From Rhodospirillaceae bacterium (lineage in GTDB: Bacteria > Pseudomonadota > Alphaproteobacteria > UBA11073), in the NCBI GenBank assembly GCA_003536545.1, contig DPZW01000045.1, forward strand, positions 1 through 32,560: DNA of 32,560 nucleotides. Reading direction: 5' to 3'. A program made the position numbers and the translations under genes. Position 1 is the stretch's first letter; the number at the start of each line of letters is the position of its first letter. A model generated the notes under the pieces. It had not been told where the DNA came from and did not search any database. It saw only the letters and a program-made list of their open reading frames with translations. Of the stretch, positions 1-10,100 are shown in pieces.

Positions 1-117
1 GGGCATGCGATTGTTTATGCAGCAGGCGGCAGTGTGACCACATCAACCGGGCAACCGTTGTTATATGGCAAAGAAGGTTTTTTGAATTCGGATTTCGTGG
101 TGCGTAGCCGCCGTTAA
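1..117 (+). CDS. 3' end of an unidentified CDS entering from the window edge (...[16 protein letters not shown])
   Basis: Frame 1 is open from nt 1 to TAA at 115-117. It is convergent with prfB and shares 4 nt with the prfB stop codon. Only 38 codons are visible and I recognise no motif. Confidence 0.3.
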   Translation, partial: GHAIVYAAGGSVTTSTGQPLLYGKEGFLNSDFVVRSRR

Positions 118-1227
118 CTGGCTTTTTTATTACCCACACGTTCCGCCAGCGCACCTTCCATAAATTGATCGAGATCGCCGTCCAATACGCCTTGCGTATC
201 CGATGTTTCAATATTCGTGCGTAAATCCTTGACCATTTGATAGGGCTGCAACACATAGGAACGAATTTGGCGACCCCAGCCAATTTCCGTTTTCTCAGCC
301 TGATAGCTGGCGATATTGGCCTCGCGTTTTTGTAATTCCAATTCGAATAATTTGGCGCGCAGTATTTTCATGCATCGTGCACGATTTTGAATTTGTGAAC
401 GCTCCTGCTGGGAAGCGACAATAATCCCCGTGGGCACATGCGTCATCCGCACAGCGGAATCTGTCTTATTCACATGCTGTCCACCTGCGCCGCCTGCACG
501 ATAAGTATCCACACGGATGTCTTTTTCTTCCAAATGCACTTCCACATCATCATCAATAACGGGTGAAACCAACACGGATGCAAAACTGGTATGGCGGCGC
601 GCATTGGCATCAAATGGTGAAATGCGCACCAGGCGATGCACCCCGGCCTCTGTTTTCAACCAGCCATAGGCATCCGGACCGGAAAATTCCAGCGTCGCAG
701 ATTTAATGCCTGCACCGTCGCCGTCTACCTGGTCAATCAAACTGACCTTTAATTTTCTGCGCTCGCCCCAGCGCGTATACATGCGCATGAGCATTTCTGC
801 CCAGTCTTGTGACTCCGTTCCGCCTGCGCCGGAGTTTACTTCCAGATAGGCGTCCGAATGATCCGCCTCGCCGGATAATAATGTTTGGAGTTCTTGCCGC
901 GCTGCGGCAGTTTTGAGTGCATTCAGTTGTGCTTCACCTTCAGCGACGGTGGCAGCATCATTTTCCGCTTCTCCCAATTCAATGAGCATCAATGCATCAG
1001 ATAATTCACGTTCCAATGTTGTGATGCCGTTCATACTGACTTCAAGCCGGGATTTCTCACGCATCAGTTTTTGCGCGGCTTCGGGATCATTCCATAGGTC
1101 TGGGGATTCTGCGGCGGCTTCTAGCTCTGCCAAACGGGCAGCAGATTTATCCCAGTCAAAGATGCCTCCTCAGCAACCCGATCGATTGCTCAATTTGCTC
1201 CTGGATATGTACAATTTCGGCGCGCAT
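114..1227 (-). CDS. prfB: peptide chain release factor 2, made through a programmed +1 ribosomal frameshift
   Basis: ORF 114-1133 carries the RF2 hallmarks SPF ([15 protein letters not shown]) and GGQ ([14 protein letters not shown]). A short upstream frame starts at ATG 1227 ([23 protein letters not shown]) and ends at an in-frame TGA inside CTT TGA C. Shifting +1 there joins it to [22 protein letters not shown]..., giving a full-length RF2. Confidence 0.95.
1155..1170 (-). promoter_or_regulatory. prfB autoregulatory +1 frameshift site (internal SD-like AGGAGG, then CUU UGA C)
   Basis: On the minus strand the sequence reads AGG AGG CAT CTT TGA C. AGGAGG is at 1165-1170 and CTTTGAC at 1155-1161. 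This matches the canonical RF2 recoding cassette. Confidence 0.9.
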
Positions 1228-1245
1228 GGCTAATAATCACTAGCG

Positions 1246-2133
1246 ATGACTACAGAAAATTTCAAGGCGGACCGCCCACAAATTATGCCATCTATTGCTG
1301 CGCTATGGCTGGCAACACTCATTATTCTGGCGGGCTATCTGCTGCCGGATATTCGCCATATCCTGCAGAATATGCATTTGCTCCCGCTATTGGGTGCCAT
1401 TGTGTTTTTGGCGGGTATGAATTTGGTGACAATTGAAACACCAGCACAGGTTCCTGACGCCGCGGTTGTGCAATCCCCTGCGCCATCCATTCAAGATGCC
1501 GCAAACACCAGCCGTGAAGATCAACTGATGATTCTGGGGCAATTGTCCCGCAATATCGCGCATGAATTGAGCAATGTGATGCAGCCCGCCCTGACTTATA
1601 GCCAGCTTTTACAGGGTCGATTTTCTGAGCCAGATTTGCAGGAAGCATTGAGCGGCATCATCAATAGCCAGCAACAAAGCGCGCGCATCCTGCAGCATTT
1701 CCTGCAGTTATCCGGTGTAGAAAATTTTGAAAAGTCAGAATTACCGCTGGCGCACAGTATTAAGCATGCATTGGAATCCATTCGCCCACTTTTGCCTGCC
1801 AGTTTGATTTTACAATTCGGGGATCTCTCACGTGTGCGGAATAATGCGATCATCAACCCACATCAGATGGCCCAACTTTTGGCATTGCTGATGACAACTG
1901 CGAGCCGCGCTACCCAAAATCGCGGTATGGTGGCTGTGCATGTGCGGCGGGGCGAAGGCGAAATGGCGGAATTAATTGTGGCAGATAATCGCAGCCAACC
2001 GCCTGTAGATGATGATGCATTACTGCCTGCCTATCACATCGTACAATCCTGGGGCGGTAGCCTGCAAATGGAATATCAACCTGGCAAGGGTGCAACCGCG
2101 CGAATTTCTATTCCAATTTTATCGACAGGTTAG
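1246..2133 (+). CDS. small two-TM sensor histidine-kinase-like protein (HisKA H-box intact, HATPase_c boxes degenerate)
   Basis: There are two N-terminal hydrophobic segments. The H-box reads LGQLSRNIAHELSNVMQP. The C-terminus is collinear with HATPase_c and ends GKGATARISIPI. The start is only 18 nt from the divergent prfB start; an alternative ATG lies at 1285. Confidence 0.75.
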   Translation: MTTENFKADRPQIMPSIAALWLATLIILAGYLLPDIRHILQNMHLLPLLGAIVFLAGMNLVTIETPAQVPDAAVVQSPAPSIQDAANTSREDQLMILGQLSRNIAHELSNVMQPALTYSQLLQGRFSEPDLQEALSGIINSQQQSARILQHFLQLSGVENFEKSELPLAHSIKHALESIRPLLPASLILQFGDLSRVRNNAIINPHQMAQLLALLMTTASRATQNRGMVAVHVRRGEGEMAELIVADNRSQPPVDDDALLPAYHIVQSWGGSLQMEYQPGKGATARISIPILSTG

Positions 2134-2708
2134 CGGACGATATTACCAAGATTATTGCGGATAGATTCCGTCATCAACCGATCCAGATCATCCAACATAT
2201 CAATCACCATTTTATTCAATGCTGCATCACGCTGATTGAGGGTCATGCCCTCGGTGACTTCAAGGGTCCTCGCGGCACGTACCTCTGCATAAGGCAGGTT
2301 TTCATAACTTGGCGAAGTGATTTCCAAACGCACCAGAACAGATAATTTATAGTCTGCCTGTACCTGATCATAAAACCAGCCTTCTGCACCGGATTTGATT
2401 TTGCGTTCATTTTTGACAACACTGGCATCCATGATATGGATTTTGGCGATGCCCATATTCCCCACAGCCTGGAAACGATTCAATCCCCAATCACGAATGG
2501 CACTATAGGGCGGCAGATATAACTCATGCTCAACATTGGGTGCCGTATAGGGCGGCACATAAGCATTCACCACCTGAATTTCATTCACGTCCAAGCGCGT
2601 CTTGCCAAATTTGGTGTAATTGGGTGCTTCAAATTTTGAAGACGCGCCCACCTGCGAGCAAGCCGTCAGCAACAGGATAAAACAGATAGAGTGAAGGATT
2701 TTTTTCAT
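2130..2708 (-). CDS. lipoprotein of unknown function
   Basis: It has a signal peptide plus lipobox (MKKILHSICFILLLTAC). It lies 26 nt downstream of the outer-membrane factor gene on the same strand. Its stop overlaps the convergent kinase-like gene by 4 nt. Confidence 0.7.
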   Translation of the reverse strand: MKKILHSICFILLLTACSQVGASSKFEAPNYTKFGKTRLDVNEIQVVNAYVPPYTAPNVEHELYLPPYSAIRDWGLNRFQAVGNMGIAKIHIMDASVVKNERKIKSGAEGWFYDQVQADYKLSVLVRLEITSPSYENLPYAEVRAARTLEVTEGMTLNQRDAALNKMVIDMLDDLDRLMTESIRNNLGNIVR

Positions 2709-2714
2709 GAGCTG

Positions 2715-2742
2715 ATTATACCCCTGTTATTTTGTTATTCAA
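2715..2742 (-). promoter_or_regulatory. candidate sigma70-type promoter giving a leaderless or near-leaderless lipoprotein mRNA
   Basis: The minus strand reads TTGAAT (2742-2737), 16 nt, TATAAT (2720-2715), 6 nt, then ATG (2708). No Shine-Dalgarno sequence lies between the -10 box and the ATG. Confidence 0.3.
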
Positions 2743-4279
2743 TAACCATCATCCCGTCCGCCGCATTCACGCGTGGTGCGTTAGGCCGTGTGTCTACAGC
2801 AGGTTGCAAAACCACGTTATTCTGCGGAACTGGTGCAGCTGCAGGTTGGATGACGGGTTCTGGAATTGCCGGCGCAGCAGCCGTTGATGTTGCGGTATTC
2901 TGCCAGCCGCCGCCCATGGCCTTATAAAGCGTGACCAGCCGTGATGCGACATTCGCCTGATTCTGTATGGCAGACTGCTGTGCCATATAAAGCGATTTTT
3001 GTGCTTCCGCGACATCAAGATAACTCACCAGACCGTTTTTATAACGTGTTTCAGATAAATCCACAGTGGTCTGGCTGGTTTGCACCGCACGATTCAATTG
3101 CGCAGAACGGTTGACTGACGCCAGGTAATCCGACAACGCGGTTTCAACATCTGATAATGCTCCTTGCACCGATTTTTGATATTGCAGAAAGGCGGCTTCG
3201 GCATTCGCATCGGTCAATTGTACATCTGCGCGGATGCGGCCAAAATCAAAAATGGGCAATTTCACCATACCCGCGAATGACCAGGCCTGCGCGCCGCTGC
3301 TGAATAAATCTCCGCCCCTGTCCGCTTGCCAACCGAATGCAGCCGGCAAAGACAGGCTGGGGAAATATTGCGCCGTTGCTACGCGCTTGGTGGCGTTGCT
3401 TGCGATTAAATCCTGCTCTGCCGCGCGAACATCAGGACGATTGGCAATAACGGCCGCTGGTGTTGCCAAAAGCATCGGCGAACCAGCAAACGGAATAGCC
3501 GCAGGCGTTGCCAGCGTTGCATCCAGTGTGCCGGGATTTTGTCCCAATAAAACTTCGATGCGGCGGATGGCGGCATTGATTTGTGAAACGAGTTCCGGCC
3601 GCTCAGCCAACTGGGTTTGCAGCGCGGTTTCCGCGCGTGAACTATCCAGGGCAGAAACGAGGCCAGCGTTGAGGCGTGCGTCCGTGATATCCAGCGATGC
3701 TTTATAGGCAGCAATAGATTGATCTGTGACAGCCAAAGCATTTTGCAGGCGGCGCAATTCAATATAATTCTGTGCGACTTCACCGAGCAGGGAAAGCAAT
3801 ACGCCCTGTTCATTTTCTTTTTCGCTTTGCAGCGTGGCATCTGCAGCTTCGATGGCTGGGCTGATACCAAAAACATTAAATTCCCATGTGGAATCCAGAC
3901 CTATATCATAAAGGTCACGTTCACCACCGCCCAATGCACCGGCTCCCGTGCGGGTTGATCCACGCGTTTTGCCGATAGATGCACTGCCGTTGATATCAGG
4001 CAAAAAACTCGCCTTGGTTGCCAGTAATTGTGCGCGCGCGGCGCGAATGCGTGTTTTTGCAATCTTGAGGTCCAGATTTTGTGCAACAGCAGCCTGCACC
4101 AGATTGTTTAAAGTGGTATCATTGAACTGTTCCCACCAACGGATTTGCACAGATGCATCATTCACAGTTGCCGATGGATTAGTCCATGCGCTAGGGACGG
4201 AAACTTCACTGGCATCATGACTGGCGGACGTACAGCCTGCCAACATCACCAATCCGATTATCCATAATAACTTTTTCAT
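2735..4279 (-). CDS. efflux outer-membrane factor lipoprotein, NodT/OprM family, with a Pro/Ala-rich C-terminal tail
   Basis: It has a lipobox (VMLAGC) and the two-repeat OEP architecture typical of NodT-type factors. Its start overlaps the HlyD gene stop in ATGA. Confidence 0.9.
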   Translation of the reverse strand: MKKLLWIIGLVMLAGCTSASHDASEVSVPSAWTNPSATVNDASVQIRWWEQFNDTTLNNLVQAAVAQNLDLKIAKTRIRAARAQLLATKASFLPDINGSASIGKTRGSTRTGAGALGGGERDLYDIGLDSTWEFNVFGISPAIEAADATLQSEKENEQGVLLSLLGEVAQNYIELRRLQNALAVTDQSIAAYKASLDITDARLNAGLVSALDSSRAETALQTQLAERPELVSQINAAIRRIEVLLGQNPGTLDATLATPAAIPFAGSPMLLATPAAVIANRPDVRAAEQDLIASNATKRVATAQYFPSLSLPAAFGWQADRGGDLFSSGAQAWSFAGMVKLPIFDFGRIRADVQLTDANAEAAFLQYQKSVQGALSDVETALSDYLASVNRSAQLNRAVQTSQTTVDLSETRYKNGLVSYLDVAEAQKSLYMAQQSAIQNQANVASRLVTLYKAMGGGWQNTATSTAAAPAIPEPVIQPAAAPVPQNNVVLQPAVDTRPNAPRVNAADGMMVIE

Positions 4280-5265
4280 TCCTTGCTCCCTGCATCCTCA
4301 ATTGCCGCTGGCATCACTTGCGGCGCGGCAACGGGCTCTGCATCAATAAAAACATCCATCAATTGCCCGACATAGGCATTTAGCTCACTCTGTGGAAAGC
4401 TGTAAAGCACCTGCAAAACCCGGGTATCCACACGTTCATTGCTGCTTCCGGTCAGTGATCGCTTGGGCACTACATAAGGCTGCACGCGGACAAATGCCAA
4501 TTCCACTTTTTTATCAGGATTCCCGCGCAGGTTGGCATGGGCCTTGGCCCCTGGGGTATATCGCCAGGCATCATTTTCATCGATATCCGCGCGGATATGC
4601 AGCGTTTCAGTATCGCCCAACAGAATCAACGGCTCAGATAACGCCCCTGCCGACGCATATTCACCCGGACGAATTTTAATGCTCAGAATTTCTCCTGCAA
4701 CCGGGGCCGTCACTGTTAATCGATTTAAATTAACCTGCGCTGCTTCGGCATCCGCGCGCGCAGATTTTGCACTGGCATTGAGGCTAATCACGCGTGCCTC
4801 GGCTGTTTTCACATTATACATTTGCTGATCCAGCTCATCTTTGCTGAAGGCGCGCGTATCACCAATCGCCTGAATTTTTTGATATTGGCTGCGCACATTA
4901 TCCAGTTGCGCAGAGGCCTCTTTGACCTGCGCAAGCGCAGCATCTGCGCGCGCCGCGGCAGCTGATAATTCGGCCTGTGCCTCGCGGTCGTCCAATGTGA
5001 ACAACGGGTCACCAGCTTTGACTTTCTGGCCTTCGCTCACATAGATTTTGCTGACAATGCCGGGAATATTTGTGCCAATAGAAATATTTTCCGTCGCGCT
5101 TTCCACAATGCCGGATGCCGAAATATAATTCTGAAATTCTGATTGTGTGGGAATGACCAGTGGCTGTGCAGGTGGCAGTTTTTTATTGCCGAGGAAAAAC
5201 ACATAGGTCAGTGACCAGCCGATTGCGATAATCGCCAAGAGTGGAAACAGCCAACGTTTAATCAT
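4276..5265 (-). CDS. HlyD/MacA/DevB-type periplasmic adaptor (membrane fusion protein) for the ABC pump
   Basis: It has an N-terminal TM anchor, a long Ala/Gln-rich coiled-coil hairpin (AQAELSAAAARADAALAQVKEASAQLDNVRSQYQKIQ) and a beta-barrel C-terminus. A good RBS (AAGGGAGAG) precedes the ATG. Confidence 0.85.
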   Translation of the reverse strand: MIKRWLFPLLAIIAIGWSLTYVFFLGNKKLPPAQPLVIPTQSEFQNYISASGIVESATENISIGTNIPGIVSKIYVSEGQKVKAGDPLFTLDDREAQAELSAAAARADAALAQVKEASAQLDNVRSQYQKIQAIGDTRAFSKDELDQQMYNVKTAEARVISLNASAKSARADAEAAQVNLNRLTVTAPVAGEILSIKIRPGEYASAGALSEPLILLGDTETLHIRADIDENDAWRYTPGAKAHANLRGNPDKKVELAFVRVQPYVVPKRSLTGSSNERVDTRVLQVLYSFPQSELNAYVGQLMDVFIDAEPVAAPQVMPAAIEDAGSKE

Positions 5266-5276
5266 ATTTCTCTCCC

Positions 5277-5999
5277 TTATGCTGCATGATGATGCATTCC
5301 CTCTAATTGCTGCCAGTCATCGGCGATGGCGATGATTTGCCCGTCATCCATTTGCGCTATCCGGTCCGCATAACTGAAAATCCGGCTGTCGTGCGTGACG
5401 ATGACCAGTGTACGCCCATCTGCCAATGCAACTTCACGCATCAAATCCATCACAACCTGCCCCGTACGATGATCCAGCGCGGAAGTGGGCTCATCACATA
5501 CAATCAGGCGCGGTTCATGCACCAGTGCACGTGCGATCGCCACACGTTGTTGCTGGCCACCCGATAATTGATTGGGCAATGATTGCCAGCGATCGCCTAG
5601 GCCTACGCGATCCAGAACTTCGCGCGCGCGATCATAAGCAACTTTATTTTTAACGCCCTGGATGATCAGTGGAACAGCCACATTCTCAGCCGCCGTTAAT
5701 GATGGCAATAAATTAAACTGCTGAAAAACGAAACCAATATTTTTGCCGCGGAATGAAACCAGATCGCCGCCATTCAATTCTGCCAGTTCCTGACCATACA
5801 CCTGGCAGGATCCAGATGTTTGCATCAAAATGCCCGCCATAACGGAAATCAGGGTTGTTTTCCCGCAGCCGGATGGGCCGACCAGCATGAAGAGTGAACC
5901 TGCATCTACTTCAAGCTCAATCCCGCGTAAGGCTTGCACTTCCTGTTCGCCAGTGACATAGGTTTTGGTGATTTCTTTACAATCAATGGCAAGTGTCAT
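5277..5999 (-). CDS. ABC transporter ATP-binding protein (MacB/LolD/DevA-like)
   Basis: Motifs present: Walker [10 protein letters not shown], signature [15 protein letters not shown], Walker [13 protein letters not shown], and H-loop VTHD. Confidence 0.95.
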   Translation of the reverse strand: MTLAIDCKEITKTYVTGEQEVQALRGIELEVDAGSLFMLVGPSGCGKTTLISVMAGILMQTSGSCQVYGQELAELNGGDLVSFRGKNIGFVFQQFNLLPSLTAAENVAVPLIIQGVKNKVAYDRAREVLDRVGLGDRWQSLPNQLSGGQQQRVAIARALVHEPRLIVCDEPTSALDHRTGQVVMDLMREVALADGRTLVIVTHDSRIFSYADRIAQMDDGQIIAIADDWQQLEGMHHHAA

Positions 6000-6001
6000 G
6001 G

Positions 6002-7156
6002 CTATCCCTTGAACACCAGCGCAGGTTCAACGCGAATGACTTTAACAATGGAGATCAAAGCCGCGATGGACACAATGATTAAAGTTACGAACCCACTGAA
6101 TAAAAATAATTCCGGCGACATTTTAAATGCCAGAATGGATTTTCGCATGCTATAGCCAAACAATGCCGCGCATCCCACGCCCAGACACCAACCCATGACG
6201 CCCACAGATATCGCCTGCAAAACAATCATGCGCATCAAAGTGCCAGCGCGCGCGCCCATGGCCTTGAGTGCCGCATATTGTTTAAGATTTTCATGCGTAA
6301 AAGCATAAAATGTCTGACCCGTCACTACAGCACCAATAACGAAGCCCAACAGCACCGCCACGCCGAAATTAATCGGAATTCCAGTGCGCTTCATATAATG
6401 ATTAAAAGTCATATCTTTAAACTGCTGACTGGTCACTGCTTTCATCCCGGTCTGATCTGAAATGCGTTTGGCAACCAGATCTATATTCTCGCCGTCCTTG
6501 ACCTTTGCCAATACAAAGGTCAGCAGGCGGCGTTGTTGCGGCACATAATTCACCGCGCGTTCATAAGTTGTGTAAAGCACTGGCCTGCTTTGAAAGGATC
6601 GTGAAGTTTGGGCAACACCCACGACCACAGCGCGCTTTTCATTAATTTCCAATGTATCTCCGACCTGCAGCGGAATTTTATTGCCGTCTGGCATTTGTCG
6701 TGCCAGACGCTCCTTCGCGCCTTCTTCATTGACAATGACAGCATCCGCCATACGCAAATCCGTCAATTGCCCTGAAAGCAATTTAGGCGGTGCGCCAATC
6801 ATGGTGGTGGAATCAATCCCGACCAGCGTGCTGTTCTCAAAACTGCCATCACTCAGCAAAACTTCGGTGCTACCTTTAAACAGGGGCGTTGCCCAGCGCA
6901 CACCTTCGATACTGCGCACACGCTGCAGCATGGTGTCAGACATAGGTTTGACATCATCAATATAGCGTGCCTCTGGATCCACCACCCACAGATCCGGATA
7001 ACCGATATCATCAATAAAGCCGTAAGTACGTGTCATCAGGCCCCAGAAAATGGATGGCTGCTGCGTCATGATCAGTGCAGCAAACGTAATTCCGATTATC
7101 AGGGAGACATATTTAGTTGTGTCTCCGATCAGCATCTTGAGGGCGATGCTGTTCAT
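6002..7156 (-). CDS. ABC transporter permease, FtsX/MacB-type (DevC-like)
   Basis: It has an N-terminal TM, a large periplasmic domain, then three C-terminal TMs, which is the FtsX-family topology. It lies 2 nt from the ATPase gene. Confidence 0.9.
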   Translation of the reverse strand: MNSIALKMLIGDTTKYVSLIIGITFAALIMTQQPSIFWGLMTRTYGFIDDIGYPDLWVVDPEARYIDDVKPMSDTMLQRVRSIEGVRWATPLFKGSTEVLLSDGSFENSTLVGIDSTTMIGAPPKLLSGQLTDLRMADAVIVNEEGAKERLARQMPDGNKIPLQVGDTLEINEKRAVVVGVAQTSRSFQSRPVLYTTYERAVNYVPQQRRLLTFVLAKVKDGENIDLVAKRISDQTGMKAVTSQQFKDMTFNHYMKRTGIPINFGVAVLLGFVIGAVVTGQTFYAFTHENLKQYAALKAMGARAGTLMRMIVLQAISVGVMGWCLGVGCAALFGYSMRKSILAFKMSPELFLFSGFVTLIIVSIAALISIVKVIRVEPALVFKG

Positions 7157-7158
7157 GG

Positions 7159-10100
7159 CTAAATCAGCCTGCTCTCGTCAATCACAACCGCGCGACGCTG
7201 CTGCCCCATCAAAACATATAATGCCGGCACAACGAAAACCGTGAACAATGTTCCGAACGACATTCCGCCCACAATGGCCATGCCAATGGCACTGCGGCTT
7301 TCCGCACCTGCCCCCACAGCAAATGCCAATGGCACTGCACCCAGAACCATCGCACAGGTTGTCATCAAAATGGGGCGTAGACGTACGGCAGCGGCATGCA
7401 AAACTGCCTGTGCCTTTTCAAGGCCCTGATCTTGCAGTTGGTTGGCAAACTCCACGATCATAATCCCGTGTTTGGCGATTAATCCCATCAAGGTTATCAA
7501 GCCAATTTGCGTATAGATGTTCAGTGAGTTGCCAGTGAGTTTCATCGTCAACAATGCGCCGGAAATTGCCAGGGGCACCGCCAGCAAAATAATAATCGGA
7601 TCCACAAAACTTTCAAACTGCGCAGCGAGCACAAGGTAAATGAACGCCAACGCGAGGATAAAAATAAACGCGAGTGAGCTGCTGGAAAGTTTAAATTCGC
7701 GCGATACGCCGCCATAAGTCACCATGGCAGCTGGATCCACCTTCTTTGTTGTTTCTTCCATGAATTTGAGGGCATCACCCAATACCAATCCCGGCATCAG
7801 GTTGGCGGAAATGGTGGCAGCACGCAATTTATCAAAATGGTTCAATTCACGCGGCGCAACGGTTTCGCGTAAGCTCACCAAACTGCGCAGCGGGACCATC
7901 GCACCCTGCGCTGTTGGCACCTGAATAGACAGCAAATCATTCGGCGTCTGGCGACGCGCATCATCCATTTTCACCAGCACGTCATATTGCTCGCCCTTTT
8001 GTTTAAAGCGCGTCACCTGACGGCCGCCCAGCATGGTCTCTAATGTCCGGCCTACAACATCAACGGAAATGCCCAGCTGCGCGAGGCGATCACGATCCAT
8101 CGTGATTCTCAGTTCTGGTTTGTTCAATTTTAAATCACTATCCGGCTGCACGAAGCCCGGATTTTTGGCCATCTCTGCCATGACTTTATTCACGGTTTCA
8201 TTCAAATGCTGATAATCGCCCGTTGTTTGAATCACAAATTCAACTGGGCGCGACGTTGGACTTTCACCCAATGACGGCGGATTGACCGCAAAATTTAACG
8301 TGCCAGGAATACCGAATAACATTGGTGAAACCTGTGCAACAATGTCCATGGTGGTGCGTGAACGATCCCCCCAGTCTTTTGCCCCCATGACATAAAAACT
8401 TTGGGTTACAAAAGGAAAACCAATCGCCACAAAATTCCAGGCCTTTTCTTTGACCTGTTCATTAAAGATCCCTTCCATCATCTGCACATAACGGTCGGAA
8501 TAGGCCAGACTCCCCCCTTCCGGGGCCAAACTAATGGCAAAAATAATCCCGCGATCTTCAGATGGCGTCAGTTCCTGGGGAATGGTGGTGAATAATGCCG
8601 CAGCCCCCAAAATGACGAGCAGCACCGCAATCCCCACCACGCGCGAAGCACGCAGAACGCGGCGCAATGTCCATTTATAACTGGTATCCAGCCAGCGCAG
8701 GAAGTGGTCAATCGCGCGAGACCAGCCTGCATCGGATGCATCATGATCTTTGAGCAGTTTTGCGCACATCATCGGCGAGAGCGTGAGTGCGACCACGCCG
8801 GAAATTAAAACCGCACCGGCAAGTGTCAGTGCAAATTCCGTAAATAATTTACCCGTGCGGCCCGTTGAGAAACCAATCGGTGCAAATACCGCTGCCAATG
8901 TCACCGTCATCGCAATCACGGCAAAGGTAATTTCGCGCATGCTTTTCACGGTGGCATGCAGCGGATCCAGTCCGCGCTCAATATGGCGATAGGAATTTTC
9001 CAGCACCACAATCGCGTCATCGACCACAAGGCCGATGGCCAAAACTATCGCCAAAAGCGTCAGGGTATTAATCGTAAAACCAAAAGCATACATCACGGCC
9101 AGTGTACCGATTAACGTAACCGGCAAGGTTGCCATGGGAATCAGCGTGGCGCGGCCAGAACGCAGGAATAAAAAGATCGTGATCAAAACCAGCCCAATCG
9201 CTTCAAAAATCGCGTGGAACACGGATTTAATCGAAGCATCGATAAAGACCGAGCTGTCATAGGCAATTTCAGCTTTCATGCCCGTGGGCAGTACCGTATT
9301 TAAATCCGGCAGTATCGCGCGAATGGATTTTGAGATTTCAAGCGGGTTCGCAACGGATTGTTTGATGACGCCGAGCGCAATTGTGGGCTTGCCATTAAAC
9401 CGTGCGATCTGGCGTTCTTCCAGCGGGCCCAGACCCACGGTCGCCACATCACGGATACGCACAGAATGCGTTCCCGCCTGCTTGATGACAATATTTTGAA
9501 ACTCTTCGGGCGTATTCAGGTCTGTTTGTGCAAGAACGGTAAATTCGCGGTCCGTGCTTTCAATCCTGCCTGCCGGAATTTCAATATTTTGTGCACGAAT
9601 AGCTGCCTCAACAGTTGCGGGCAATAAATCATAGGCAGCGAGCTTTTCTGGATCCAGATTAATTCGCATCGCATAACGGCGTTCGGCAAATAACAACACA
9701 TTCGCCACCCCGGGTATCGTTTGCAGGCGGTCTTTGACGATTAAATCTGCTGACTCACTAACCTGCAAGGCATCATGCTGATCCGATGACACAGCCATCC
9801 AGATAATGGGCTGGGCATCAGCCTCTACCTTGGACGTGACCGGCTCATCCACTTCGTCCGGCAACAGATCGCGCGCGCGCGCCACGCGGTCACGGACATC
9901 GGCCGCAGCGTTGTCTGCATCTCGGTCCAGACGAAACTGCACTGTGATTTGTGAGTTTTCTGAGCGTGAAATGGATTTGATGAAATCAATGCCTTCAATA
10001 CCGGATAAAGAATCCTCAAGCGGCTTGGTAACCTGGCTTTCAATAATACTGGCACTGGCACCGCGATAAGTGGTTGCAACGGTGACAACCGGCACATCAA

